A DNA stretch of 64,000 bases. Source: Candidatus Latescibacterota bacterium. GTDB taxonomy: Bacteria; Latescibacterota; UBA2968; UBA8231. Below are positions 9,780 through 19,868 of this stretch, in pieces. The position numbers were made by a program, and so were the translations under genes. The stretch is taken from assembly GCA_965206595.1 (NCBI GenBank), contig OZ242214.1, forward strand, positions 4,128,001-4,192,000, read 5' to 3'. The notes under the pieces are model-generated. The model saw only the letters and a list, made by a program, of their open reading frames with translations. It searched no databases and was not told the DNA's origin. The first letter of the stretch is position 1; each line of letters starts with the position of its first letter.

Positions 9780-11036
9780 TCATGGCCCCAGGGCGGCGAT
9801 CGGTATTACGGCCACTCCGTCGTCGCGAAGGTACCCGTACCCGGAACTCACGATCACCCCGAGGGTTTGCGGCACTCCGGTCTTCTCCGCGTCCACGCGG
9901 TCCCGGAATTTCAGCAGGGCTGCTGCCGCGGCGTCGATCTGTCCGCCCCCCAGTTTGACCTCGAAGGCGCACCAGTCGCCCCGGGGGGTTTCCACTACCG
10001 CATCCACTTCGAGACCGGTGTTGTCCCGGTAGTGATACACCGAGGCGCCGCTTGCCCGGGCGTACACGGAGAGCTCGCGGTGGGCCAGCGACTCGAACAG
10101 CAGACCGAGCAGCTCGAGATCTGCCAGCAGCCGCTCGGGGGTCGCGCCGAGAGCGGCCGCGGCCAGGGACGGGTCGACGAAATGCCGCTTCGGCGCCTGG
10201 CGCAGCAGCGACCGCGAGCGCAGGTGGGGCGACCAGGACGGCTGCTCTTCGTAGACCATCAGCCGGCGCAAGGCGTCGAGGTAGCCGCTCACCGTGTCGA
10301 CGTCGAGGGGGCCGCGGTCGCCACCGGCATCCGCGGCGATGGTGCGGGCGCTGACCGGGGTCGCCAGGTTCCGCGCCAGCGAGCGCAGCACCCTGCCGAC
10401 GTTCTCGGGGTCGCGCCGGACTCCATCGGGGCGGGAGATGTCGGCGCGGCGGATCTCCTCGAGGTAGTCGCTGCGGGCGCCCTGGCATGCCGCGTCGGAA
10501 AGCCCGAGGTCGCCGGGCCAGCCTCCCCGGCACAGCTGCACCGCGGCCTCCCGCAGGGACAGGCCGGGGTTCTGGCAGCTCTCGAATCCACCCTGCAACA
10601 GGTTCTGCAGGGAGATCTCGCCCGTGGAGATACCGGTCTCCAGCAGGGTCATGGTGCGTAACCGGAGCCGGGAGATGCGCCCCGCCCCGGTATGGCGGGT
10701 GATGTCGTCCGCTGGGGCTGCCGAACCGGTCAAGATGAACTGCCCGCGTTTCGTGCCTCTGTCGACGGCCCGCCGGACGTGGTTCCACAGCCCCGGCTCG
10801 ATCTGCCATTCGTCGATCAGCCGCGGGTTGTCCCCGGCCAATACCAGGGACGGATCGACAGCCGCGGCGCTTCGCGCGTTCTCGTCGACATCGAGCAACA
10901 CCTCGCTGGCCGCAACCTCTCGGGCCATGGCGGTCTTGCCGCAGGCCCTGGGACCCTCGATCAGCACGGCGCCGGCGGACTCAAGTCGGCGGGCAAGCTC
11001 CCGGTCCCCGATTCGCGGGATATATGCGCTTTGCAT
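9780..11036 (-). CDS. AAA_14 ATPase with C-terminal DUF4143 domain
   Basis: Walker A GPRACGKT, Walker B LIDEWQ, FILTGSA, GRI, GGWP, PKRHFVDPSL, GLLFE, YRDNTGLEVDAV and FEVK (PD-(D/E)xK-like). Confidence 0.92.
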   Translation of the reverse strand: MQSAYIPRIGDRELARRLESAGAVLIEGPRACGKTAMAREVAASEVLLDVDENARSAAAVDPSLVLAGDNPRLIDEWQIEPGLWNHVRRAVDRGTKRGQFILTGSAAPADDITRHTGAGRISRLRLRTMTLLETGISTGEISLQNLLQGGFESCQNPGLSLREAAVQLCRGGWPGDLGLSDAACQGARSDYLEEIRRADISRPDGVRRDPENVGRVLRSLARNLATPVSARTIAADAGGDRGPLDVDTVSGYLDALRRLMVYEEQPSWSPHLRSRSLLRQAPKRHFVDPSLAAAALGATPERLLADLELLGLLFESLAHRELSVYARASGASVYHYRDNTGLEVDAVVETPRGDWCAFEVKLGGGQIDAAAAALLKFRDRVDAEKTGVPQTLGVIVSSGYGYLRDDGVAVIPIAALGP

Positions 11037-11076
11037 GATGACATTTCCTTTATTCGAGCAGGTCGACCTGTCAATT

Positions 11077-11172
11077 GAAACGAAAACAACCGGGCAAATG
11101 AAATAAAAACAACCGGACGAATGAAACGAAGACAACCGGACGAATGAAACGAAGACAACCGGACGAATGAAA
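11077..11172. repeat. Tandem array of four 23-bp units (consensus GAAACGAAGACAACCGGACGAAT)
   Basis: Units at 11077, 11100, 11123 and 11146. The last two are identical and the first two are degenerate. No spacers. It lies 40 bp upstream of the DUF4143 ATPase start. Confidence 0.9.
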
Positions 11173-11473
11173 ATCTACCGGGTAGGGAGGGTAATCCATG
11201 GACCCCCCGCAGCCACTTTTCCCGAAAAAAACTCCCCGGGGTCGGGGAGCAATTTTGCTTACAAATGGAACCTCTGTGAGCGGTTTACGTTCGCGGGATT
11301 CGCTTTCGCCCGAGGGTTGACAAGAAGGGCTGCCCCGGAATCGTGGCGATCTCCCGTGCCCGGGCGGCCCCATCAGTCGGAATGCCCGGGTCGCGGGTCG
11401 ATGGCCGCAACCGATCTTCCTACCTTTCCTGAAAGCCTCGTCAGGGAGCAGGACCGACCCACCGGAGACAAAC

Positions 11474-12736
11474 ATGAACCAGCTTGCCGACCAGCTGTTT
11501 GAGGAAATCAACCGCATCCCGTGCATCAATTCGCACTCCCACCTGATGCCGGAAGCGAACCGCCTCGAAGCGAATCCCGACATCCTCGAATTCTTCAGCC
11601 ACGCCTACCCCGGCGCCGACCTGCGATCGGCAGGAATGCCCGAGGAGGCGATGGATGCCGCCCTGAAGCCGGGCCGGCCGATGGGGGAGCGCTGGCAGAT
11701 CTTCGAGCCCTGGTGGAAATCGATCCGGCTCACCGGGTACTCGCAGGCGATTTCCGAGGGGATCCGCGACCTGCTCGGTTTCGACGAGCTCGGCCCCGGT
11801 ACGGTCGAGGGGATCTCAAGGGAGCTGGAGCGCCGCAACAGGCCGGGGCTGTACCGGGAGGTGCTGAAAACGCGGGCGAACATCGAGCTCTCCGTCGTCA
11901 ACATGAACGACCTGGTCGAAGTGGACCGCGAGTTCTTTCTCGGGCTGCCGCGCCTCAACCGCTTCAGCATGCTGAACTCGGCCGCCGACGTCGAGGCGAT
12001 CGAGCGGGACTACGAGGCCGACATCGGCAGTCTCGACGACCACGTCTCCCTCATCCGCCAGGTGTGCGGCGACTGGAAGGCCGCGGTGGTGGCCGGCATC
12101 AAGCTGTCGCAGTCGTATCACCGGGCCATGGATTTCACCGAGCGCAGCCGGGAGGACGCAGCCGCGGTGTACGACCGGCTCCTGCGCGGGGAGTACAGCG
12201 GACTCAATACCCCCGAAGGTGTCGTGCTGGAGGACTACCTCGTCTTCGAGTGCTGCCGCGCCGCGGCCGAGTCCGGCCTGACGATCCAGTTTCACATGGG
12301 GATGCGGGCCGGCAATTACGGCGGCATGGAGGGGTGCAGCCCGGCCGGGCTCACCGAGCTGATGCGCAGCTTTCCCGAGGCCCGCTTCGACCTCTCGCAC
12401 GCCGGCTACCCCTACCTGCGGGAAGGGGCCGTCCTCGGCAAGACCTTCCCCAACTGCTTCCTCAACATGTCCTGGATTCACATCATTTCGCCTCAGGGTT
12501 CCCGGCAGGACCTCAAGGAGTGGCTGCGCATGGTGCCGAGCAACAAGATCATCGCCTTCGGAGACGACGTAATGCACGCCGAGGTGGTGTACGGTCATCT
12601 CAAGATGGCGCGCCGGAACTTCGCCGTCGTCCTGGCCGGGATGATCGAGGAGGGCCTGCTGAGCGAGTCTCACGCGCTCGAAGTGGCGCAGGCCGCCTTC
12701 CACGACACGCCCGCGTTGGTGTACGGCGTCAAGTGA
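11474..12736 (+). CDS. Amidohydrolase-superfamily protein (uronate-isomerase-like)
   Basis: INSHSHL, IQFHMG, FDLSHAGYPY and NKIIAFGDD motifs. Confidence 0.82.
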   Translation: MNQLADQLFEEINRIPCINSHSHLMPEANRLEANPDILEFFSHAYPGADLRSAGMPEEAMDAALKPGRPMGERWQIFEPWWKSIRLTGYSQAISEGIRDLLGFDELGPGTVEGISRELERRNRPGLYREVLKTRANIELSVVNMNDLVEVDREFFLGLPRLNRFSMLNSAADVEAIERDYEADIGSLDDHVSLIRQVCGDWKAAVVAGIKLSQSYHRAMDFTERSREDAAAVYDRLLRGEYSGLNTPEGVVLEDYLVFECCRAAAESGLTIQFHMGMRAGNYGGMEGCSPAGLTELMRSFPEARFDLSHAGYPYLREGAVLGKTFPNCFLNMSWIHIISPQGSRQDLKEWLRMVPSNKIIAFGDDVMHAEVVYGHLKMARRNFAVVLAGMIEEGLLSESHALEVAQAAFHDTPALVYGVK

Positions 12737-12746
12737 GGTGGGAGCC

Positions 12747-13529
12747 ATGCCGCGCCGTCTGACGCAGGGGCAGGTCGATTCCTTCCGGCGCGACGGCTTC
12801 CTCGTCGTCGAGGACGTTCTTTCGGCCGGGGAAACCGCCCTGCTGGCGGAACGGACCGACCTGATCGCCTCGGGGAATGCCGCGCACATTCCCGATTCCA
12901 GCATCCAGCTCGAGCCGGTTTTCCGCGAGGGGAAGAGGGAGGTCTGCGACCAGGTGCTGGCGGTGCGCAAGCTCTACAACATCGCCGTGTACGACGACTT
13001 CCTGTGGGCCCACGCGACCAACGACAGGATCGTCGACATCGCCGCCGACCTGCTGGGAACCGGCGACATCAAGATGTACGCGGACCAGCTGTTCATGAAG
13101 GGGCCGGAGACCGGCAGCGCGCAGCCCTGGCACCAGGACTCCGCCTCCTGGCGCGACCTCTTCCCCATGGACCTGGTAACCGCCTGGACCGCCATCGACG
13201 CGGCGACCCGGGAGAACGGCTGCCTCGAGTTCGCCGCCGGCACCCATCGCTGGGGCATGATGAAGCGGGAGCAGCTGGCCCCGCACATCCCCCTTCTCGG
13301 GCAAGATCCCTGGCCGATCGTACCGGCCCCGCTCGAGCCGGGCAGCATCAGCTTTCACCACAGCCTCACCCTGCACCGCAGCGGCGCCAATAGTTCGGCG
13401 GCGCGCCGGCGCGGCTACGCCGTGCACTACATGCGGGCGACCACGGTAAGGGACGAGTCGGTCACCGACGCCCCCAAGGTTCCCCCCTATCGCCAGGTGC
13501 GGGGCCGCTCGTTTCCCGGCTGCGTGTAG
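12747..13529 (+). CDS. Phytanoyl-CoA dioxygenase (PhyH) family protein
   Basis: FRRDGFL, PWHQD, ENGCL..GTH, HSLTLHRSGANSS..RR. Confidence 0.92.
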   Translation: MPRRLTQGQVDSFRRDGFLVVEDVLSAGETALLAERTDLIASGNAAHIPDSSIQLEPVFREGKREVCDQVLAVRKLYNIAVYDDFLWAHATNDRIVDIAADLLGTGDIKMYADQLFMKGPETGSAQPWHQDSASWRDLFPMDLVTAWTAIDAATRENGCLEFAAGTHRWGMMKREQLAPHIPLLGQDPWPIVPAPLEPGSISFHHSLTLHRSGANSSAARRRGYAVHYMRATTVRDESVTDAPKVPPYRQVRGRSFPGCV

Positions 13530-13695
13530 GTGTCCCGTTCATATCCTGGCCATTCTTCCGCCCATCGAGTCGCAGCGGTAGACTATCGCAGACGTGCTCC
13601 ATCGAAGGGAGATCAGAAATGACGATGCCAGCAGTGTCCCGTTGTTGTCTGAAGATTTTTCCGTAAGGCATTAATTTCGTTGATGTTACAGCATT

Positions 13696-13857
13696 TGGAT
13701 CAAGCAGCACCTGCGCATCAAGGCATTCTTCGGTACCTCCGAGAACGCGGTAAAGACTCAGATCTGGATCGCCATCAGCAGGTACGTGCTCGTGGCCATC
13801 GTGAAGAAGCAGCTGCAAGTCGACCGCAGTCTCTCCGAAATCCTGCAAATTCTCACA
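13696..13857 (+). mobile_element. IS4-family transposase C-terminal relic
   Basis: Manual translation WIKQHLRIKAFFGTSENAVKTQIWIAISRYVLVAIVKKQLQVDRSLSEILQIL is the characteristic C-terminus of IS4 (DUF4372-type) transposases. No start codon or N-terminus. Confidence 0.85.
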
Positions 13858-13952
13858 GCGCCGCTGGAAACCACCGTACCCCGTCGACTTCCCCCATCCC
13901 GGGTTGCTGGAGGCGGCGATCCAGCGGCAGCAACCCTTCCCGGCGCCGTTTC

Positions 13953-14771
13953 ATGCCATTGATTCCCCTGGTCCTGTTGCCGACCGTCTTGCTGGGCTGC
14001 GGCAGTCCGGATCCGAGCGAAACGATCGACCGCCTTTCCCATCCCGACCGCCGCGTTCGCCAAGGCGCCAGTTACGACCTGTTATCGGCCGGCAGCGCCG
14101 CGGTCGAGCCTCTTGTCCTCCGCGCCGCCTCCGGCTCCGACAGCCTGCGCTACATCGCCGCGCAGATCCTCGGCCGCATCGGGGACAGGCGGGCGATCCC
14201 GTTCCTGCAGCAACTCACCCACTCCCCGAACGACTACGTGCGCCGCGAGGCCATCCTCGCCCTGGGCAGGATGGGTGATCCGGCTCCCATCACCGGTCTG
14301 GTTGCGGTCCTGGCTGGCGACTCGTCGGCCGCGGCTCGCGCCGCCGCCGCGGAAGCCATGGGAAATCTGCTCGACACGGTGGCCGTAGCCCCGCTGGTCA
14401 CCGCCCTCGACGATCCCGCTCCTGTCGTGCGGCAGAATGTGGTGGCGGCGCTGAATCGACTCTGGACTGTCGATGCCAGTGCCGCCGTTGCCCGATCGCT
14501 GGAGGATCCGGATGAAACCGTGCGCTTCATCGCGGCGCAGGCACTTGGGGCCCACCGGACGTTGCAGGCTCGGGACCTGCTGCGCTCGGCGCTCCGCGAC
14601 ACCAGCGTCTGGGTGCGCGCCGAGGCGGCGCGAGCCCTGGGGATGATCGGCGACGCCTCAGCGGTAAAGGACCTGGTGGAACTGCTCGAGCGGAACGACG
14701 GACCCGACCATCAGGCAGCGCGTCAGGCATTGCATGAATTGACCGGAACGGACTACGCAGTTGTGGAATGA
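13953..14771 (+). CDS. HEAT/PBS-lyase repeat lipoprotein
   Basis: Lipobox LLG-C; repeated VR..A..ALG..GD..AV..L units. Confidence 0.88.
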   Translation: MPLIPLVLLPTVLLGCGSPDPSETIDRLSHPDRRVRQGASYDLLSAGSAAVEPLVLRAASGSDSLRYIAAQILGRIGDRRAIPFLQQLTHSPNDYVRREAILALGRMGDPAPITGLVAVLAGDSSAAARAAAAEAMGNLLDTVAVAPLVTALDDPAPVVRQNVVAALNRLWTVDASAAVARSLEDPDETVRFIAAQALGAHRTLQARDLLRSALRDTSVWVRAEAARALGMIGDASAVKDLVELLERNDGPDHQAARQALHELTGTDYAVVE

Positions 14772-14872
14772 GGCGGTCCTGGACGCTGCCGGCGCTCGTC
14801 ATCACTATCCTCGGCCTGGCGGCCATGAGCATGTGGCCGGCCAGCCGGTCCGTCCGTTCTGGCGGGGCGCGC

Positions 14873-15125
14873 TCACCGAACCGGAGCATTCAGGCGCTTG
14901 CGGCTTTCCAGCAGGCGCGCTGTAGGTGGATGAGCGTCGATGTCCTCCCTGGTCTGCAGCAGGCGAATCGTTGCGTCCAATCTCCCCTGGTAGTGGAAGA
15001 TCAGGGCGAGATTGTAAACCACCTGCACGGTGGTGGGATCCAGGTCGAACGCCTGCCGCACCAGCTTCTCGGCCCTGTCCAGATCCCCGGTCTGCATCCT
15101 GGCCTGTCCGAGGGTGTTGGCCGAT
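14873..15125 (-). pseudogene. TPR-protein C-terminal fragment
   Basis: NTLGQARMQTGDLDRAEKLVRQAFDLDPTTVQVVYNLALIFHYQGRLD gives two TPR-like helix pairs; no credible 5' part. Confidence 0.6.
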
Positions 15126-15376
15126 CGCCTCCCCCCTGGGCGAAAGACTGCGATCGCGAATCCGGGCGGGTCGACAGCCCCACGGACCGTTGCCTTTTTG
15201 GGAGGAACAGAAAGCGAGGGCAAACCCGCTCGTTCCCGGTTGCCGCCTGCTCGAGTCCCGGCGGATTTCTACCCCCTCCAGGGTTACCCGATCGCGATGG
15301 GAATCTCCTCCTCGGTAAGGCTCTTGTCGCTCTTTTTGAACTAAATTCAGGGGGACAGGACACCAAGGGAGCCCGA

Positions 15377-16507
15377 ATGAAACAGGCGAACCGCGACACG
15401 GAACGGCTCGGCGGCGTCGACGTCCCCTCGGCCGAAAGGCTGCGGGAGATGCACGGGAGTCCGTACATCCTCCACGCCCGCGGCGGCGAGCTCAAGGAGG
15501 TGCCGGCCGAGAAAGTCCTGCTTCCCCGCGAAACCAACACAAGCCCGCAGTCCGTCGACCTCAAGCGGGCCCCGGACGGCACTCTCTACAGCCGTCGGCG
15601 GTACACTATCTGCAAGAGCACGGACAGCGGCAGGTCCTGGAGCGCCCACGGGAAAGCGGAGGGGCTCGGGCTGTTCGAACTGCTTCCCGGCGGCGTCCTC
15701 GTCGGGCTGTCGACGGAGGGGGGAGACCCGGCTCGCGTGATCGTCTGCCGGTCGGAGGACGAGGGCCGGACCATCGAAACGGTGTCGGCCATCGACAACC
15801 CGCCCGGATGCTCCGGTGGCGCCTGCTGGATCCACAGACTCCCAGACGGAACGCTGCTGGCCGGAGTCGGCCACTCCGATCACGTCTTCGAGGAGCAGGG
15901 AGACGGCAGGTTGGTGCTCATCTCCGGGAGCGGCGCCCAGTTCGCGTATCGCTCCGGCGACGAAGGCCTGACCTGGTCGCATCCGGCGCGCGTGCACGAC
16001 TGGTTCAGCGAAGGCGGGGTGACGCTGACGCCGTCGGGCAGGCTTCTGGCCGCGATCCGCTATCAGCGGCCCACCCTGCCCGGCGATCCGGCCGACCTCG
16101 AACAGCGGAACCGCGGCATGGCCGGGTGGCCGTACAAACATGTCTGCCTCGTCGATTCCGACGATGGCGGCCGCTCGTGGAAGAACCCGCGGCTGCTGGT
16201 GACCCGTTTCGGACAGACGCGGGGCCACCCGGTGGCGCTCGGGGACAATTCGGTCCTCGTCGTTCACGACACCCGCTACGGCCCGGGGCCGCCGGGCAGC
16301 AGGGGGATGGTCAGCCGCGACGGGGGCAGGACCTGGGAGGACGAGGTCTACTACCTCGACGCCACCAACTTCACCGGCAGCTACGCGGCGAGCGCCGCTC
16401 CGGAGGACGGCACCATCGTCACGGTGGCCGGCTCCAGCGAAGGCCGGACCTGGGATGACGTCAGGTACGCCACCGACTTCTACGCCATTCGCTGGACACT
16501 GCAATGA
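15377..16507 (+). CDS. BNR/Asp-box (sialidase-fold) beta-propeller protein
   Basis: Asp boxes STDSGRSW, SEDEGRT, SGDEGLTW, SDDGGRSW and SRDGGRTW; ATG 15377 after AAGGGAG. Confidence 0.85.
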   Translation: MKQANRDTERLGGVDVPSAERLREMHGSPYILHARGGELKEVPAEKVLLPRETNTSPQSVDLKRAPDGTLYSRRRYTICKSTDSGRSWSAHGKAEGLGLFELLPGGVLVGLSTEGGDPARVIVCRSEDEGRTIETVSAIDNPPGCSGGACWIHRLPDGTLLAGVGHSDHVFEEQGDGRLVLISGSGAQFAYRSGDEGLTWSHPARVHDWFSEGGVTLTPSGRLLAAIRYQRPTLPGDPADLEQRNRGMAGWPYKHVCLVDSDDGGRSWKNPRLLVTRFGQTRGHPVALGDNSVLVVHDTRYGPGPPGSRGMVSRDGGRTWEDEVYYLDATNFTGSYAASAAPEDGTIVTVAGSSEGRTWDDVRYATDFYAIRWTLQ

Positions 16508-17754
16508 GCCGGGACTTCGACTGGTTGATTCGGGGCGGGCGGGTGATCGACCCGGCCAACGGGTTGGACGGCCCCTTCGATGTGGCGGTCTCAAATGGAA
16601 GGATCGCCGCGGTCGATGCGAACCTGGACAGCGGCTCCGCCCGCAACACCTACGATGCCGGCGGCAAGCTCGTGACTCCGGGGCTCGTCGATCTGCACGC
16701 CCACACCTACGACCTGGTGACCCCCCTCGGCATCGACGCCGATCACTACTGTCTCGGACGCGGGGTCACCACGGCCGTCGACACCGGCAGCGCCGGCTGC
16801 GACACCTTTCCCGGCTTCCGGGCCTTCTCGGTGGAGCGCTTCCGCACCCGGGTTCTGGCGTTTCTCAACATATCGCGGGCCGGCCTCGCCGTCGGCGGGG
16901 CTACGGACAGGGACGCGGCCGGGGAGCTCGAGTCGGCGAAGTTCATCCATGCCGGAGATTGCGCCGCCTGCATCGAGGCGAATCGCGATCTCCTCGTCGG
17001 CGTCAAGGTGCGCCTGTCCGCCTCGATCGCCGACAACGGCCGCAACGAAGCGCTGGCGTACCGGCAAGCGCGAGAGGCGGCCGCTGCTGCCGGCACGCCG
17101 CTCATGGTCCATCACAGCTTCTCCACCGTGCCGGTGGAAGAGGCCCCCGGACACATGCGGGGCGGGGACGTGTACACCCACTGCTACCACGGGTATGAGA
17201 GCACCATCATCGATCCGGACACACACGCGATTCACCCCTCCGTCACGGAGGCTCGCGAACGCGGAGTCCTGTTCGATATCGGGCATGGAATGGGTGCGTT
17301 CAACTGGACGGTGGCCGAGATTTGTGCGGCCCGGAATTTCTGGCCCGACGCGGTCAGCACCGACATGCACAGCCTCACCTGCGAGGGGCCCGGGTACGAC
17401 CTGCCCACGGTCATGTCCAAGCTCCTTCATGTGGGGATGCCGCTCAACGAGGTGGTCCGCGCCTCCACGGTGAACGCCGCGGCCGCGATAGGCTGGCAGG
17501 ATCGCATCGGAACCCTGGGAGTCAGGCGGGAAGCGGACGTTGCGGTGCTCTCCCTGAACGAAGTGGATGCCGAGCTGGAGGACTGCCAGGGGCAGACGCG
17601 GCGGGTTTCCCGGCGCCTGATGGCCGAGGCGGTCTGGAGAGCGGGGGAGCCGGCAGCGATAACCGAGCCGGAGCAGTGGCCGCATCCCGGGAACGCGGAG
17701 AAGGCGAAGGCGGGGTGGCCGCAACTTCTGATCCGGGATGACAGCCCACCGTAG
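16504..17754 (+). CDS. Amidohydrolase/deacetylase family metallohydrolase (dihydroorotase-like)
   Basis: PGLVDLHAH, GVTTAVDTGSAG, GVKVR, LMVH, THCYH, DIGHG and STDMH motifs. Confidence 0.9.
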   Translation: MSRDFDWLIRGGRVIDPANGLDGPFDVAVSNGRIAAVDANLDSGSARNTYDAGGKLVTPGLVDLHAHTYDLVTPLGIDADHYCLGRGVTTAVDTGSAGCDTFPGFRAFSVERFRTRVLAFLNISRAGLAVGGATDRDAAGELESAKFIHAGDCAACIEANRDLLVGVKVRLSASIADNGRNEALAYRQAREAAAAAGTPLMVHHSFSTVPVEEAPGHMRGGDVYTHCYHGYESTIIDPDTHAIHPSVTEARERGVLFDIGHGMGAFNWTVAEICAARNFWPDAVSTDMHSLTCEGPGYDLPTVMSKLLHVGMPLNEVVRASTVNAAAAIGWQDRIGTLGVRREADVAVLSLNEVDAELEDCQGQTRRVSRRLMAEAVWRAGEPAAITEPEQWPHPGNAEKAKAGWPQLLIRDDSPP

Positions 17755-17777
17755 CTTTAACGCAGGGGGAAGCCGAA

Positions 17778-18593
17778 ATGTTCGATTTCCGCGGAAAGAA
17801 TGCCGTGACAACCGGGGCCGGCGGAGCGATCGGGGGCGAGATCGCCCGCGGCCTCGCGCGGGCCGGCGCCAGGGTGGCGATCTGGGACATCTCGAAGGAG
17901 GCGGCCCGGAACAAGGCCGAGGAGATAAACGGACAGTCTCCAGCGGGGGAGGTCGTGGGGGTCCAGTGCGATGCCATGTCGAAGCAGAGCGTTGCCGCGG
18001 CGCTGGAAGAAACGCTCGACCGCTTCGGAACCGTCCATCAGCTCGTCAACGGCGCCGGCGGCAGCCACCCCACCACGACCACCTCCCCCGACCTGGAGTT
18101 CTTCGACATCGACCCCGAGAACGTCAGGAAGGTGATGGATCTCAACTACCTGACCGGGGTGATCCCGTCCCAGGCAGTGGGACGGGTGTTCGCGCAGAAC
18201 CGGGAGGGAGCCGTCGTCAACATCACCTCGATCGGCGGTGGGCTGCCCCTGGGCAGGGCGCTGGCCTATTCGAACGGAAAGGCCGCGGCCGACAGCTTCA
18301 CGCGCTGGCTCGCCGTGCACATGGCGACGACCTACTCGCCGGACATCCGCGTCAACGCCATCGCTCCCGGTTTCATGATCACCAACCAGAACCGCTTCCT
18401 GCTGCTCGACGAGGAGACGCAGCAGCTGACCGAGCGGGGCGAGACCGTGGTGGAAAACGTGCCGATGGGGCGCTTCGGGGATCCGCTCGAGATCGTCGGC
18501 GCGGTGCTGTGGCTGTTGTCGGACCAGGCGTCCTTCGTCACCGGGGCGGTAATCCCGGTGGACGGCGGGTTCTCCGCCAACTGCGGGGTGTGA
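17778..18593 (+). CDS. SDR oxidoreductase, D-mannonate oxidoreductase-like
   Basis: TGAGGAIG, NGAGGSHP, YSNGK, FTRWLAVHMA, NAIAPGF and QNRFLL motifs. Confidence 0.88.
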   Translation: MFDFRGKNAVTTGAGGAIGGEIARGLARAGARVAIWDISKEAARNKAEEINGQSPAGEVVGVQCDAMSKQSVAAALEETLDRFGTVHQLVNGAGGSHPTTTTSPDLEFFDIDPENVRKVMDLNYLTGVIPSQAVGRVFAQNREGAVVNITSIGGGLPLGRALAYSNGKAAADSFTRWLAVHMATTYSPDIRVNAIAPGFMITNQNRFLLLDEETQQLTERGETVVENVPMGRFGDPLEIVGAVLWLLSDQASFVTGAVIPVDGGFSANCGV

Positions 18594-18686
18594 TGGCGGG
18601 CCTGCCTCGACGGCGGGAACCCCCGGCACGCGTTGACTGCCGGTACGCCGGAACGGAGCGCCCGAGCTGGCGCGGGCGAAACGCCG

Positions 18687-19751
18687 ATGTTGTGTGAACA
18701 GACACATATCTGGAGGAGCGGGGAGGACGGGTACCACACCTACCGCATCCCGGCGCTCGCCGTGGCAGGAGACGGGACCGTGCTGGCGATCTGCGAGGGC
18801 CGGCGGTCGTCTTCCCGCGACCAGGGGGAAATCGACCTCCTGGTGAAAACCTCGCCCGACGGCGGCAGGACCTGGAGCGACCAGCGGGTGATATGGCACG
18901 ACCCGGGGAACACGTGCGGCAACCCCTGCCCGGTAGTCGACGGCGACACCGGTGCGATCTGGCTGCTATCGACGTGGAATCGAGGCGACGACACCGAGCC
19001 GGAGATCATCGCCCGGTCGAGTCGCGACACGCGGAGGGTGTTCCTGCTCTGCTCGGAGGACAACGGCGCGACCTGGTCGGATCCGCGCGAGATTACGGCC
19101 CGGACCAAGAGTCCGGACTGGACGTGGTACGCGACCGGTCCGGGTGCCGGCATCCAACTTCGGCACCCCCCTCACACGGGACGTCTGGTCATCCCCTGCG
19201 ATCACATCGAAGCCCAGAGCGAGCAGTACCATGCTCACGTGATTTTCAGCGACGACCACGGCGCCAGGTGGCAGCTGGGCGGGCGTGCCCCGGACGACCG
19301 GGTGAACGAGTGCGAGGTGGTCGAACTCGCCGATGGTACCCTGATGCTCAACATGCGCAACTACGACCGCGCCAGAAGCTGCCGGCAGGTGGCGGTCAGC
19401 GCCGACGGCGGCCTTTCCTGGAGCGGCCAGCGTTTCGACGAGACGCTAGTAGAGCCGATCTGCCAGGCGAGCATCCGGCGTATCCCCGGCGCCGGAGGCG
19501 CTCCGGGCCCGATCCTGTTTTCCAACCCTGCCAGCGCCGAGGCGCGCGTCGAGATGACGGTGCGCGCCAGTCTCGATGAAGGGGCGAGCTGGCCCCAAGT
19601 CCGCGTTCTGCACTCCGGGCCGTCCGGGTACTCCTGCCTCGCCTCGCTGGCGGATGGAACCGCCGCCTGTCTGTACGAGAGCGGCGATCAGGTCGCGCAC
19701 CAGCGTCTGACCTTCGCGCGTTTCAACTTGCACTGGGTGGCGGGGCAATGA
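18687..19751 (+). CDS. Exo-alpha-sialidase (GH33)
   Basis: YRIP motif, GNPCP, several Asp boxes, ATGPGAGIQL, NEC, NMR and GYS. Confidence 0.9.
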   Translation: MLCEQTHIWRSGEDGYHTYRIPALAVAGDGTVLAICEGRRSSSRDQGEIDLLVKTSPDGGRTWSDQRVIWHDPGNTCGNPCPVVDGDTGAIWLLSTWNRGDDTEPEIIARSSRDTRRVFLLCSEDNGATWSDPREITARTKSPDWTWYATGPGAGIQLRHPPHTGRLVIPCDHIEAQSEQYHAHVIFSDDHGARWQLGGRAPDDRVNECEVVELADGTLMLNMRNYDRARSCRQVAVSADGGLSWSGQRFDETLVEPICQASIRRIPGAGGAPGPILFSNPASAEARVEMTVRASLDEGASWPQVRVLHSGPSGYSCLASLADGTAACLYESGDQVAHQRLTFARFNLHWVAGQ

Positions 19752-19868
19752 ATCCTGGCATCCACGATCGGGGGTTCGGTCCGCCGACAACATGAGCGAA
19801 TTCGAGAACGCGACCCCCGGGAACCGCCGAGCGCCAGCGCGGCCTCGGCCAAACGGAGAGGAGACACC

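Noticed and set aside
11077-11172. Possible CRISPR array
   Set aside because: The units are head-to-tail with no unique spacers, and there are no cas genes in the window.
14768-16507. 579-aa ORF as a single secreted sialidase
   Set aside because: Its first ~200 codons are mostly the antisense of a TPR fragment plus intergenic sequence; a good RBS and ATG at 15377 start the BNR protein.
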